Positions 39,218 through 48,044 of a stretch of DNA of 64,000 nucleotides are shown one piece after another; the stretch's first letter is position 1, and every line of letters begins with the position of its first letter. The DNA comes from a virus (Duplodnaviria > Caudoviricetes), in the IMG/VR virus record IMGVR_UViG_3300014059_000970, positions 32,001 to 96,000 of that record, one strand, 5' to 3'. The notes below the pieces were generated by a model that was given only the letters and a program-made list of their open reading frames with translations, had not been told where the DNA came from and ran no database searches. A program made the translations under genes and the position numbers.

Positions 39218-40089
39218 ACGGCTACCTCCATTGAAATCTTCGGTGCGTGATTATAATTGTGAATCTCCATATCTTTATGGGTCCAGCGCCATATATTCTG
39301 CCAATTAATTAACTCTAGTGTTGGTAATGGTTTAGGTTCTCTTGTTAGTTGTTCTTTTGCCCCGTCAATATGGTTTTCGTATATATGACAGTCACATAAC
39401 ATTCCAGAAAGATTGCCTGGAGTCATATTTGCTTCTTTACATAGAAGTTCTAATAATAGGGCGTAACTAGCAATATTGAACGGAACGCCCAACATTAAAT
39501 CACAACTGCGCTGAGTCCAGTGTAAGTTTAAGACTCCGTCTAAATGAGTAACTACGAACATTAAATGACATGGAGGAAGTGCCATTTCGTTAATCTGTAA
39601 TGGATTCCAAGCAGAACATACCATTCTTCTGTCATCTGGATTATAGTGTAATTTTCTTACTATTTCATATAACTGGTCATTATGATAAGGATATACAATA
39701 GCCCCGTTTGGAACATCCGTATAGTCCTGTGTTTTAGACTTTTTAGCAATATATTTCTGATTAAAACTTCTCCATTGAAACCCGTAAATTGGGCCAAGGT
39801 CTGTTTTATCTTCTTCTCTCCACAATTCTTTGGGCTTATTCCATTCGTCCCAAATATGACAACCCCTTTCCTGATACCAGTCCTTATCAGTAACTCCACC
39901 AATAAATCCTTCTAGCTCAACCGCCATAGCCTTAACGGCCATTTTCTTGGTAGTAAGTAGAGGAAACCCATCCGCCATATCGTGCGAAAAATGTACATTT
40001 GGTACAACTAGAGTCCTAACTCCAGTTCTATTTCCTTTCCATCTACCTTTGTCTAATACTGTTTGAACTATATCAAGATATGACCGCAT
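39214..40089 (-). CDS. thyA: thymidylate synthase
   Basis: FPLLTTKK, LGPIYGFQWR, MALPPCH, QRSCD..LGVPFN, HIYENH. Confidence 0.97.
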   Translation of the reverse strand: MRSYLDIVQTVLDKGRWKGNRTGVRTLVVPNVHFSHDMADGFPLLTTKKMAVKAMAVELEGFIGGVTDKDWYQERGCHIWDEWNKPKELWREEDKTDLGPIYGFQWRSFNQKYIAKKSKTQDYTDVPNGAIVYPYHNDQLYEIVRKLHYNPDDRRMVCSAWNPLQINEMALPPCHLMFVVTHLDGVLNLHWTQRSCDLMLGVPFNIASYALLLELLCKEANMTPGNLSGMLCDCHIYENHIDGAKEQLTREPKPLPTLELINWQNIWRWTHKDMEIHNYNHAPKISMEVAV

Positions 40090-40092
40090 GTT

Positions 40093-40488
40093 TTACTCCC
40101 TAAATATACTTGATTGTCTAAAAACTTTTAGTGGCTGCACTAATGGTTCGTCGAGTAACAATTCGCTATGTTCTTTCATTAAGTCGTTTGTTTCTTTCCA
40201 TACCAATATAACATCTTCAACGAACTGTCTTCCTTCTGGATTGCCCTTCATATATTCATCTAATATGGAAACAATTTCCTTTGTATATTTCCCAGAATTT
40301 AAATCCGACAATAATGCGCCAAATTCTATAGCAAGGTCAGTGTCGTCTTCTGGTTGACACTTCCAATCAAACTCTACATTTGTTTTGCCATTTTCTACAG
40401 TAAATGTAATTCGGGCGTAATTTTCATCTTCTAGAAAATCTTCTGGCTCTACGACTTTTTCTTCTTCTTGTTTTTTAAACGGCCACAT
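40093..40488 (-). CDS. hypothetical protein
   Basis: 131 aa ORF with AGGAG RBS. Confidence 0.7.
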   Translation of the reverse strand: MWPFKKQEEEKVVEPEDFLEDENYARITFTVENGKTNVEFDWKCQPEDDTDLAIEFGALLSDLNSGKYTKEIVSILDEYMKGNPEGRQFVEDVILVWKETNDLMKEHSELLLDEPLVQPLKVFRQSSIFRE

Positions 40489-40928
40489 ATAATTTCTCCT
40501 ATTTCTTCTATAGGCACTAGTATTGTCATAATATGCTCTATTGTATAAAGTTTAAGACTTGCATTCCCGTCGCCAGCCTTTTTAATATCTCTTTTTGGCT
40601 CTGCTGTATTAACAAAATTTCTCAAATCTTCCGTTTTAACAACATATATAATACCGGAAATTATATGACACCAAATATCTGATTTAGTTATATTGATACC
40701 GCTTGGTTTATCAGATTTTGGATTGTAATATTCTATGGCGACATTACCACTTTTACCAGAATATAGGTCGTTCTTAATTTCAACCGTACCAATACCATTT
40801 ATAATTAAATCATAGTCGCTTCGTAGGCTCTTATCTGAATTAAATTCACATTCATAACCCATCTCTTCTAAAACTTTTTTAACTCTCTTTTCGCCATTTT
40901 TGCCGTCTTCTAAATCTTTAAGAATCAT
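40449..40928 (-). CDS. PD-(D/E)XK nuclease-like protein
   Basis: GKNGE..V, YDL..VEIKND..SGNVAIE..PSGI..TKSD. Confidence 0.75.
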   Translation of the reverse strand: MILKDLEDGKNGEKRVKKVLEEMGYECEFNSDKSLRSDYDLIINGIGTVEIKNDLYSGKSGNVAIEYYNPKSDKPSGINITKSDIWCHIISGIIYVVKTEDLRNFVNTAEPKRDIKKAGDGNASLKLYTIEHIMTILVPIEEIGEIICGRLKNKKKKKS

Positions 40929-41461
40929 TCAGTCTTACCTATTTTATTTAACCCCCTTCTAATAGTGGACTTAACGCATTCTTTAGAAACGCCAAGGTTC
41001 TCTGATATATAGGCCAGTCCTTTATTAGAAAAGTATAAGTTCATACATTTCTTTTCTTTTTCTGTTAAGACTGGTGACTTTTCTATCTTATTTAGAAGAG
41101 CTTCTAGTTTATCGTTAAATTCGACCAAGTCTGGCCCAATAACGTCCGGTATAGTTTCTAATAACTCCATTGTATCTGTAATATTGAAGTTTAAAGAAAC
41201 TGGCTTCTTTTTCTCTTTGTTAAGCATCGACCTAACACACCAAACAACTCTTTGTTTACGATATCCTACTAAACTTCCTCGCCCATCCCAGTGCATATCT
41301 CCCTGTATAACAGCAGAGACTACCTCTCCAAACTTATCGTTGTCCTTAAATATCCATCCCGATATCTTTGGAAACGAGGCGTTTAGAATCTTTTTTGCTA
41401 TCAGTTCATATTCAGGCAAGCTTAAATAATTTCTAGTAGTTTCTTTGCTGAATTCTCCCAA
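40925..41461 (-). CDS. phage sigma-70-family sigma factor
   Basis: Region-2-like AV..GD..WD..SL.GY; region-4 HTH LTEKEK..ISENLGVSKECVKSTIRRGLNKI. Confidence 0.75.
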   Translation of the reverse strand: MGEFSKETTRNYLSLPEYELIAKKILNASFPKISGWIFKDNDKFGEVVSAVIQGDMHWDGRGSLVGYRKQRVVWCVRSMLNKEKKKPVSLNFNITDTMELLETIPDVIGPDLVEFNDKLEALLNKIEKSPVLTEKEKKCMNLYFSNKGLAYISENLGVSKECVKSTIRRGLNKIGKTE

Positions 41462-42468
41462 GTAAAACTCCTTCCAGTTGCGATACCCTCATTATTATAG
41501 GGTCGGTTCTTGTAACAGTATCTCATATGTTCGATAATTTGCTCTTTTTGGGACTCTCCGATATAGGCCCAATTACCCTTATTCCCGTCGAACCAAATGC
41601 CGTCATAAGCAGGTTCAACATCGTCTATTTCGACAAGATAAGAATTGTCTTTATTGCAAAACTCTGTATGGGCGGAATAATTCGTAGCTATGACTGACTT
41701 TCCACACGCCATAGATTCTAGTAATTCTAGATTCCAACCCTCTGCTTTTGCTGGGAAAACTCCACAGTCCATTCTTCTAATAAAATCGCCTATATCTTGA
41801 TGAGTATTTGCCCTTGGATGTATAAATACCTTTTCGTGCAGGTCGCAATCTTCACAAACATCTATCCAAGAGCGAACTTGTTGTTCATTTAGAAAAGGAT
41901 TATGACATACCATATGAAGTTCTACATCATCATGATGTTCAAAAGCCCTATTAAAACATTCGACTATAACATCGTGGGCTTTTCTAATCTCCCATTTTCC
42001 AATGGTGAAAAACCTATATGTTCCAGTATGTTTGTCACTACCTGGAAAGAAAATATCCGTATCAATACCAAGTGGTACGACGGATACTTTTTGCTTCACG
42101 AATTGTTCTAGAACGGTTTTTGCCCATTGACTACAAACGATGTGTTCGTCGGGTGTAGATAAGCTGAAAAGTTCTGGCGTAGAAAAGTTGTCTAGCTCAA
42201 AGATTGGGAAGCCAAAATATTTGCCTCGACCAATCCTATCAATTAACTGATGTTGGTGCCAGATTTTAACAGTTGGAGAAGAAAAGTCTGTGGCGAAATT
42301 GGCGTTTGTTCGATTAAAAACATCTTCAATCTTCTTGTCTGTAATCTCTACTCCACCAATAGGAAATAAATCTACTTGAACTAATTTATCTAGCTCAAAT
42401 AGAATATTTGTTCCGGCTACTCCATAACCCATTTGGTTTATAGGGAATTGTGCTATTATTTCTTTCAT
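41422..42468 (-). CDS. glycosyltransferase family 4
   Basis: GYGVAG, PLGID, GKWEIRK, DCGVFPAKAEGWNLELLESMACG, FTWENSA. Confidence 0.92.
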   Translation of the reverse strand: MKEIIAQFPINQMGYGVAGTNILFELDKLVQVDLFPIGGVEITDKKIEDVFNRTNANFATDFSSPTVKIWHQHQLIDRIGRGKYFGFPIFELDNFSTPELFSLSTPDEHIVCSQWAKTVLEQFVKQKVSVVPLGIDTDIFFPGSDKHTGTYRFFTIGKWEIRKAHDVIVECFNRAFEHHDDVELHMVCHNPFLNEQQVRSWIDVCEDCDLHEKVFIHPRANTHQDIGDFIRRMDCGVFPAKAEGWNLELLESMACGKSVIATNYSAHTEFCNKDNSYLVEIDDVEPAYDGIWFDGNKGNWAYIGESQKEQIIEHMRYCYKNRPYNNEGIATGRSFTWENSAKKLLEII

Positions 42469-43418
42469 ACTTGAACGTAGTCTATATTCTTTCTATACTC
42501 ATCTAAATTACGGGCATTAAAATAAGACATACTAGAGCGTAGTCCTTCACTAAATCTATTTAGTAGTTCTTTTACTGTCTCTTCTTTATATTCTAACAAA
42601 GTGGTTCGCCCTTCAATATATCGGGGCACATCTTTGTAGATTTGCTGTGTCTTTTCTGAAGCGGAGCCGCTGTATTGTGTATACCGTTTTCCGCCCTTAT
42701 TAATCTTTTCAGCAGGGCTTTCTTTGGTATTAGCTAGAAGCGAACCGAACATCGCAACATCCGCACCAAAAATCACGGCCTTACAGAAGTCGCCCGGTTC
42801 TTTAATTCCGCCATCAGCAATAATAGAGATATGTCTATCTTGACGCCCATGATAAGTTTCTTTGATAAGGCTAATCATTGGCTGATAGATGCCCGTTGCG
42901 TTTTTAGTAGTGCATCCAGCACCACCAGCAACTCCAACCCTAACAGCGTTTGCTTTGGAAAATTCTAGAAACAAGAAACCTTCTGTTGACACAGTGTTTC
43001 CAACTATAACATATGTGTCTTCATCAAGGCGGATTTTATTAATAATGGGCTGGATATTCCAGTTTGCTCCAGAAGCCACATCAATACAGAAAATTCTGCA
43101 TCCGGCCTTATACAGAGCATTATAGCGTTCTTCCCAGTCATTATTAATTCCCACAGCACAACCAGCACCAGGAGCCTTCTTGTATTCTGCAACTTGTTGT
43201 GCTACACTAGAAAAGCGATGAATAATGCCAAAGGCTCCATTATCCATCATTATACTTGCAAGATAGCCGTCGCAAACATCTTTCATTGGACTGGCTATAA
43301 TTGGAATAGATAACTTCGTACCGCAGAATTCAACAGAAGTATCTATTTCGTCTCTACTTGAGATAGTTGAGACCTGACGGGAAACGAGACTTACATCTTT
43401 GTAGTCTAGGGCTTTCAT
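42465..43418 (-). CDS. GMP reductase / IMP dehydrogenase family (no CBS domains)
   Basis: PIIASPM, IDVASG, VGVAGGAGCTT, IIADGGI, GLRSSMSY. Confidence 0.9.
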   Translation of the reverse strand: MKALDYKDVSLVSRQVSTISSRDEIDTSVEFCGTKLSIPIIASPMKDVCDGYLASIMMDNGAFGIIHRFSSVAQQVAEYKKAPGAGCAVGINNDWEERYNALYKAGCRIFCIDVASGANWNIQPIINKIRLDEDTYVIVGNTVSTEGFLFLEFSKANAVRVGVAGGAGCTTKNATGIYQPMISLIKETYHGRQDRHISIIADGGIKEPGDFCKAVIFGADVAMFGSLLANTKESPAEKINKGGKRYTQYSGSASEKTQQIYKDVPRYIEGRTTLLEYKEETVKELLNRFSEGLRSSMSYFNARNLDEYRKNIDYVQV

Positions 43419-43455
43419 AGAACCTTTCTTGTGTCATGCTTGGTGCTGTTCTTTT

Positions 43456-43483
43456 ATTATACCAGAACTATTTCAGTTGTCAA
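43456..43483 (-). promoter_or_regulatory. sigma70-type promoter TTGACA-N16-TATAAT
   Basis: Exact hexamers, intergenic, upstream of the GMPR gene. Confidence 0.8.
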
Positions 43484-43501
43484 GTGGCAAATTTAAATTT
43501 T

Positions 43502-43948
43502 CTAAAGCCCCGACGAGCCGAACCCGTTATCTCCACGGCTAGTTATGTCGACTGTATTAACGAAGTCAAACTCTACTTCAACTTCACGTTGAATAATCAT
43601 TTGGGCAATTTTAGAACCGGCCGGCAATTCTACCGGCTTTTCAGAGTGATTAATAAGAGCGACTTTAATTTCTCCCCTATAAGAGCTATCAATTAGTCCA
43701 GCTAAAACGTCAATACCGTTTTTGACAGCTAGACCAGAACGAGGCCAAATAAGCCCATATATTCCATCTGGAAAATTGCATACTAGGCCAGTATTAACTA
43801 AAATACGTTCTCCTGGCCAAATTACTACATCTTCAATAGAGAACAAATCCCATCCATTATTTCCTTTGTCTTTTCTTGGTAATTTTACGTCAACATCACG
43901 TTCTGGTAATACCACACCAATAAAATATTCGCCACCGTCCTCAGACAT
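43502..43948 (-). CDS. dut: dUTPase
   Basis: GWDL, PRSGLA, GLIDSSYRGE, IAQM, RG..GFGSSG. Confidence 0.97.
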   Translation of the reverse strand: MSEDGGEYFIGVVLPERDVDVKLPRKDKGNNGWDLFSIEDVVIWPGERILVNTGLVCNFPDGIYGLIWPRSGLAVKNGIDVLAGLIDSSYRGEIKVALINHSEKPVELPAGSKIAQMIIQREVEVEFDFVNTVDITSRGDNGFGSSGL

Positions 43949-44108
43949 CAGTTCTCCTTATAAACCTAAAATCAATTAATTCTCCACTAGAATCTACTTT
44001 TACCAAATCTGGAGTATCAGATTCGCATGGAGGGTCACGCCCTTCTTCTGGAGTTTGAACTATATCAAACGACCAGTATTTCTTAATTAAGAATCCTAAT
44101 TTAATCAT
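43941..44108 (-). CDS. small hypothetical protein (55 aa)
   Basis: Own translation MIKLGFLIKKYWSF...RRTDV*; fills the gap and overlaps the dut start. Confidence 0.4.
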   Translation of the reverse strand: MIKLGFLIKKYWSFDIVQTPEEGRDPPCESDTPDLVKVDSSGELIDFRFIRRTDV

Positions 44109-44110
44109 AG

Positions 44111-44183
44111 TAGGGGCTGTCGGGGTCGAACCGACGCTACATAGTTCTTAAAACTATTGACTCTACCTTTGGTCTAAACCCCC
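44111..44183 (-). tRNA. tRNA-Leu(UAA), short variable loop
   Basis: Cloverleaf; ATAGT-TTTAAGA-ACTAT. Confidence 0.85.
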
Positions 44184-44187
44184 AAAG

Positions 44188-44260
44188 TACCATCTGTGGG
44201 ATTCGGACCCACACTGTCAAATTTTTGAAATTTGTGACTCTGCCGTTGGTCTAAGATGGT
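44188..44260 (-). tRNA. tRNA-Leu(CAA), short variable loop
   Basis: Cloverleaf; CAAAT-TTCAAAA-ATTTG. Confidence 0.85.
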
Positions 44261-44265
44261 TCAAG

Positions 44266-44338
44266 TAGTTCCGGTCGGATTTGAACCGACACATTTTACG
44301 TTCTAAGCGTAATGCCTCTGCCGTTGGGCTACGGAACC
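44266..44338 (-). tRNA. tRNA-Leu(UAG), short variable loop
   Basis: Cloverleaf; TTACG-CTTAGAA-CGTAA. Confidence 0.88.
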
Positions 44339-44343
44339 ATAAG

Positions 44344-44354
44344 TATTATACACT
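44344..44354 (-). promoter_or_regulatory. AGTGTATAATA promoter motif without -35
   Basis: Recurrent motif immediately 5' of the Leu tRNA cluster. Confidence 0.6.
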
Positions 44355-44414
44355 AATCCTCGTTAGGAATAGCGGAAATTATAAAAACCCAGATAATTAA
44401 AAGCCAAAAGAACA

Positions 44415-44873
44415 TCATATCTTTGTCCTCATTAATTTGTCCACCCAAAAGAAGCAAACCCCAAAATTCTTATTTGGATGTTCGTGATGCTTAATGTGGT
44501 GGTCGTACATCTTCCAATAAAACGGCCTCCAAACCATCCAATTTATTTCTAACCCATGAATCGCCCTGTGTGCTTTTGTCCATAAGTATGAATGATAAAC
44601 CATTATAGTAAGCCAACCCAATAAAGCTGGAATTGAAAAATATGCCAAGACAGCAATAATTGGGGAACTTAATATTAGATGATACCAAATCGGCAAATCA
44701 ATATTTAGGTCTAAACGCTCATCCTTATGGTGCAGAATCGCGTGATTTTCAAAAACATCGTCAAACCAGCCTTTAGGAAAGAATCTCTTATGCATTGTCC
44801 ATCTATGTAATGTATATTCTGCTACGGCCATTACTAGATATGATACGAACAATGATACAAAAAATGTTATCAT
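44415..44873 (-). CDS. fatty acid hydroxylase / sterol desaturase family membrane enzyme
   Basis: His boxes HRWTMH, HAILHH, HRAIH, HHIKHH; NFG..WVDKL. Confidence 0.85.
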   Translation of the reverse strand: MITFFVSLFVSYLVMAVAEYTLHRWTMHKRFFPKGWFDDVFENHAILHHKDERLDLNIDLPIWYHLILSSPIIAVLAYFSIPALLGWLTIMVYHSYLWTKAHRAIHGLEINWMVWRPFYWKMYDHHIKHHEHPNKNFGVCFFWVDKLMRTKI

Positions 44874-45259
44874 ATATGATATTGCGTGCCACGTTCTATA
44901 AAATGCTCCTCGCAGTCTTCAAACTCGAAGGTCTTCCGTGCAAATTCCTTGGCTATTTCCGTATCTAGCTCACCGCATGTATAAATGTCTAAAGTAATGA
45001 AGCGCTTTGGCTCAACAGAATGAATCATTATACCAGACTCAATCAAAAATATTGCACCAGAAACGCCAGCCTTATCTGGAAAGACTTCTATTAGATTTTT
45101 GTCTCTTGGTCCGTGAATTACAAATGGCGGAATAGTTGGCGTCATCTTAATTAGAACGACCAATTCTTCTAGGAATCTGTAAATTAACTCTAAATCGTCA
45201 GCAGAGCCAACTCTGCAATTGTACATATCTAATAGATAGCTTCTTCCAAATGGTTTCAT
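44870..45259 (-). CDS. speD: S-adenosylmethionine decarboxylase proenzyme family
   Basis: GVSG..LIES.I.IH...LDIYTCG. Confidence 0.8.
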   Translation of the reverse strand: MKPFGRSYLLDMYNCRVGSADDLELIYRFLEELVVLIKMTPTIPPFVIHGPRDKNLIEVFPDKAGVSGAIFLIESGIMIHSVEPKRFITLDIYTCGELDTEIAKEFARKTFEFEDCEEHFIERGTQYHI

Positions 45260-46083
45260 TTAATATACTTAAGGTCTGGAGGATAGTGGAAAATTATTAA
45301 TTCATTAACTTTAGCTTGATTCCCTAATGTCACAGCATTTGCTACGGCCTTTGATAGTCTAGAACCTTGAGCCCTAGCCATTTCAAATCCCATTTTTGTT
45401 CCGCGTTTTGCCGCGTTGACAACGATAGTGTTGTGGTCTGCACTTAATGAAGTGTCTGATTTTAGAGCGTTATTCTTAACCCCAAAACGGCCACCAAGTT
45501 CTTTAATGCCAAATTCTACAATGCCATTTACATAACCCCTTGCTGCCTTTTGACCACTAATGGCTAGCCATAAAGTTTGTGTAGTAAATGACCTAGCCGC
45601 TGCATCAATAAAGTCTTCATAAGCACTAATTATTCTGCCGTCGTTTTTTAGTCCCCACTTTGGGTCTGGATGCATTTCTTCGGAAGTACCACCACGAGTT
45701 CCGCCAGTAATATGAATGTGCTTACATAGCTGGTGTTTATTATATCTATCTCCTAATTCCTCATAGATAGCAGTGACATATTCAATATTTCTGAGCGACC
45801 AAGGTAATGGCGCGTCGTTTATCTTTTCGCTAGACGGTAGACTATCTACTAACCATTGAGCCGTACTATCTCCAGACATTGGAAGTAAACTAAAGGGCTT
45901 ATTTGCCTTTTCCATTCTGGCTACGCAACGGTCGATAAAAGAAAAGTCCCACTTACTAGCAGTTGGCCTAATCCAGTCGCCTCTAAATCTAATAGCCATT
46001 CCTTCAACTTTTGGTAACATAATATCGTTTATAGATACTTCACGACCGTCGCCAGGTTGTAATATAAAATCCTTTATAATCAT
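45256..46083 (-). CDS. glycoside-hydrolase-like TIM-barrel protein
   Basis: W..I.P....WDFSFID, P.PW...Y..LG.RY, EEMH; GH42-like pattern. Confidence 0.5.
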   Translation of the reverse strand: MIIKDFILQPGDGREVSINDIMLPKVEGMAIRFRGDWIRPTASKWDFSFIDRCVARMEKANKPFSLLPMSGDSTAQWLVDSLPSSEKINDAPLPWSLRNIEYVTAIYEELGDRYNKHQLCKHIHITGGTRGGTSEEMHPDPKWGLKNDGRIISAYEDFIDAAARSFTTQTLWLAISGQKAARGYVNGIVEFGIKELGGRFGVKNNALKSDTSLSADHNTIVVNAAKRGTKMGFEMARAQGSRLSKAVANAVTLGNQAKVNELIIFHYPPDLKYIK

Positions 46084-46112
46084 TTTTTATTCCTTTGTAA
46101 TTGTTAGTAAAA

Positions 46113-46184
46113 TAACTCCAGTAAGAATCGAACTTACATCTGAACTTTAGGAAAGTGCCGTGTTATCCATTACACTATGAAGTC
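46113..46184 (-). tRNA. tRNA-Arg(CCU)
   Basis: Cloverleaf; loop TTCCTAA. Confidence 0.8.
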
Positions 46185-46353
46185 TCTTTTTAAACTCTAT
46201 CTGATGTTCGTAATGAAGCGAATACCATAAGGGGTCCATTTCATCTCTTAATTTATCAGCTTCTTCACTATCTAAATCCAACTGCATTAACTCGTTGTGT
46301 AGAACCCACAAACGGTCAAAAGTTTCTTGTTGAATTTTACTATAATTTTCCAT
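46147..46353 (-). CDS. hypothetical protein (stop inside tRNA-Arg)
   Basis: MENYSK... helical ORF with GGGG RBS. Confidence 0.55.
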   Translation of the reverse strand: MENYSKIQQETFDRLWVLHNELMQLDLDSEEADKLRDEMDPLWYSLHYEHQIEFKKRLHSVMDNTALS

Positions 46354-46363
46354 AAAAACCCCA

Positions 46364-46435
46364 AGTCGATTATAGGAATTGAACCTATCTCTCAAACTTA
46401 CCAAGTTTGAATAATATCCACTATACTAAACCGAC
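46364..46435 (-). tRNA. tRNA-Thr(GGU)
   Basis: Cloverleaf; CAAAC-TTGGTAA-GTTTG. Confidence 0.85.
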
Positions 46436-46438
46436 GTA

Positions 46439-46506
46439 TAGCCCGTCAGAGAATCGAACTCTATCAGGAAGATTCAAAGTCTTCCGTTTACCCCAGTAAC
46501 CGGGCA
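46439..46506 (-). tRNA. tRNA-Gln(UUG), miniature D-arm (68 nt)
   Basis: TTAC-TGGG-GTAA D-arm; GGAAGA-CTTTGAA-TCTTCC; normal T-arm. Confidence 0.7.
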
Positions 46507-46511
46507 ATAAA

Positions 46512-46650
46512 ACCCACCACCATCCCCTTCTTGCGAAGTAATCACCTGATTGACCACTAAACTTCGGGGACCAACCCAAAGCCGGAAACTTGGTCGAATA
46601 CAATCAATCCTAATTTAATTTAGGGCTTGTAATTCAGTTACCAACGCAGT
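46512..46650 (-). ncRNA. unassigned multi-hairpin structured RNA
   Basis: CCTAA/TTAGG, TACAA/TTGTA, GACCAA/TTGGTC, CGAAGT/ACTTCG, TCCCC/GGGGA stems between two tRNAs. Confidence 0.5.
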
Positions 46651-46653
46651 CAG

Positions 46654-46723
46654 TACCAAACAAGGGATTTGAACCCTTTTAACTTCCTTATGAGAGAAAT
46701 TCCGCTAGCCCAGCGCGTTTGGC
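46654..46723 (-). tRNA. tRNA-CAU (Ile2 or Met), miniature D-arm (70 nt)
   Basis: GCCAAAC/GTTTGGT; CGCT-GGGCT-AGCG; loop CTCATAA. Confidence 0.75.
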
Positions 46724-46727
46724 AACT

Positions 46728-46738
46728 TATTATACACT
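46728..46738 (-). promoter_or_regulatory. AGTGTATAATA promoter motif without -35
   Basis: Recurrent motif immediately 5' of tRNA-CAU. Confidence 0.6.
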
Positions 46739-46742
46739 AGTT

Positions 46743-47210
46743 TTACAACAAATCGGCCGTATTTTCAAAAATTTTGACCAATTGTGGAGACATTTCAAAT
46801 CTAGTGCCGTTATGTTCAATAGACTTCCTAATATTACCATCATTATGGCGTTCACTAGAAGCTTTCCAGTCACAAAACATTTCTAATATATCTAGTATAT
46901 TCATGTCATTTACCCCATTCTTAAAGTGCTGGGGATGATGACGATTATGAGCATAATGATGGTCTAATGCCGGCTTCATATCCTGAAGACTATCCTTATA
47001 CTCTTGTGTACCATAAGTCATTTTACATAACTTTTCAGTATATTCAGTAAAATACTCAACTTCTGGCGATTCCAATTTAGATTTATCGTGCTTATCGGCC
47101 CTGTCTAATAAATCCTTGACAAAGAAATGAATTAGCTCCTGAACCCGTCTAATATGCTTGCTCGTATCAAAATTCGTTGCCTGTTCCTCTAAAGTCAAAC
47201 CAGTTGACAT
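46743..47210 (-). CDS. HD-like domain protein (DUF5662-like)
   Basis: HDKSK, HHYAHNRHHP, EMFCDW. Confidence 0.8.
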   Translation of the reverse strand: MSTGLTLEEQATNFDTSKHIRRVQELIHFFVKDLLDRADKHDKSKLESPEVEYFTEYTEKLCKMTYGTQEYKDSLQDMKPALDHHYAHNRHHPQHFKNGVNDMNILDILEMFCDWKASSERHNDGNIRKSIEHNGTRFEMSPQLVKIFENTADLL

Positions 47211-47211
47211 T

Positions 47212-47430
47212 TTATTCTATTCCTTTCGTCTTAAGATATTCTAATAATTCGGCCGCTTCAGATGGAGATAAATTGGCCAGCTTATTTTTTAAGTCGTCAA
47301 AACCATCTCCGCACGCAATTCCTCCGGTATTTTTATTACCGTTTCCGCCCCATGAGACGACCCTATTACACATTCCGCATTTTGTTGTTTCTGCTTGTGG
47401 GTCTATATAATCTCTTGAAAAATCTATCAT
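47212..47430 (-). CDS. hypothetical protein
   Basis: 72 aa ORF with AGGA RBS. Confidence 0.55.
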   Translation of the reverse strand: MIDFSRDYIDPQAETTKCGMCNRVVSWGGNGNKNTGGIACGDGFDDLKNKLANLSPSEAAELLEYLKTKGIE

Positions 47431-47439
47431 CCTGCGGAG

Positions 47440-47913
47440 CTATCCTCCAAGTATTTCATATTCTTTAATTACCTTGCCCGCTTCTGCAAGAAGCTTTTCT
47501 GCTTCTTCGGCTGGGTCAAATACTCTTGGCTTAATCTCGTCATAAACTAGGAAAGGAGTTTCCGTTTCTAGTTCCATGTGACACTTCTTAAACTTACGTC
47601 CACTTCCACATGGGCACGGCTTATTTCTTGGCGGCTTATATCCTCGCTTAAGTTGTTCTCCATAAGGAGGAGTTAGATTTGGTAAGAGTTTTGTCTTATC
47701 AATTTGTGGGTTTGCAGAATATGGGTTATCTACTACTGATTCGATAAATCTGCGAACTCTTCTGGCGCGTTTTCCTGGCATTCTATTCCTCTGTCTTGGT
47801 TTGTGTTTTATTGCTGCAAAACCTTCTTTTACTATTTTATAGTCCTCTGGAGAGATATTACAATCATCGTCCAACATTATAAAATTTGTTCTTATTCCTC
47901 TGATTTTTTCCAT
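47440..47913 (-). CDS. SEC-C motif protein
   Basis: RNKPCPCGSGRKFKKCH; AGGAGG RBS. Confidence 0.8.
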   Translation of the reverse strand: MEKIRGIRTNFIMLDDDCNISPEDYKIVKEGFAAIKHKPRQRNRMPGKRARRVRRFIESVVDNPYSANPQIDKTKLLPNLTPPYGEQLKRGYKPPRNKPCPCGSGRKFKKCHMELETETPFLVYDEIKPRVFDPAEEAEKLLAEAGKVIKEYEILGG

Positions 47914-47927
47914 AAATCCTCCTAAAG

Positions 47928-48000
47928 TACCCGCTGATGGAATCGAACCAACTACTCAACCTTGTAAGGGTAGCGTGAAAAGCCATTTCACTAAGCGGGC
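47928..48000 (-). tRNA. tRNA-Val(UAC)
   Basis: Cloverleaf; loop CTTACAA. Confidence 0.85.
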
Positions 48001-48013
48001 AGCGTATAGCCTT

Positions 48014-48041
48014 ATTATACACCAATTATTTCGGTTGTCAA
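48014..48041 (-). promoter_or_regulatory. promoter TTGACA-N16-TATAAT with GGTG extension
   Basis: Exact hexamers upstream of tRNA-Val. Confidence 0.8.
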
Positions 48042-48044
48042 GCC

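Noticed and set aside
39214-40089. ThyA as a dCMP hydroxymethylase feeding the glycosyltransferases
   Set aside because: Retains GVPFN (dUMP-specifying Asn) and canonical ThyA motifs
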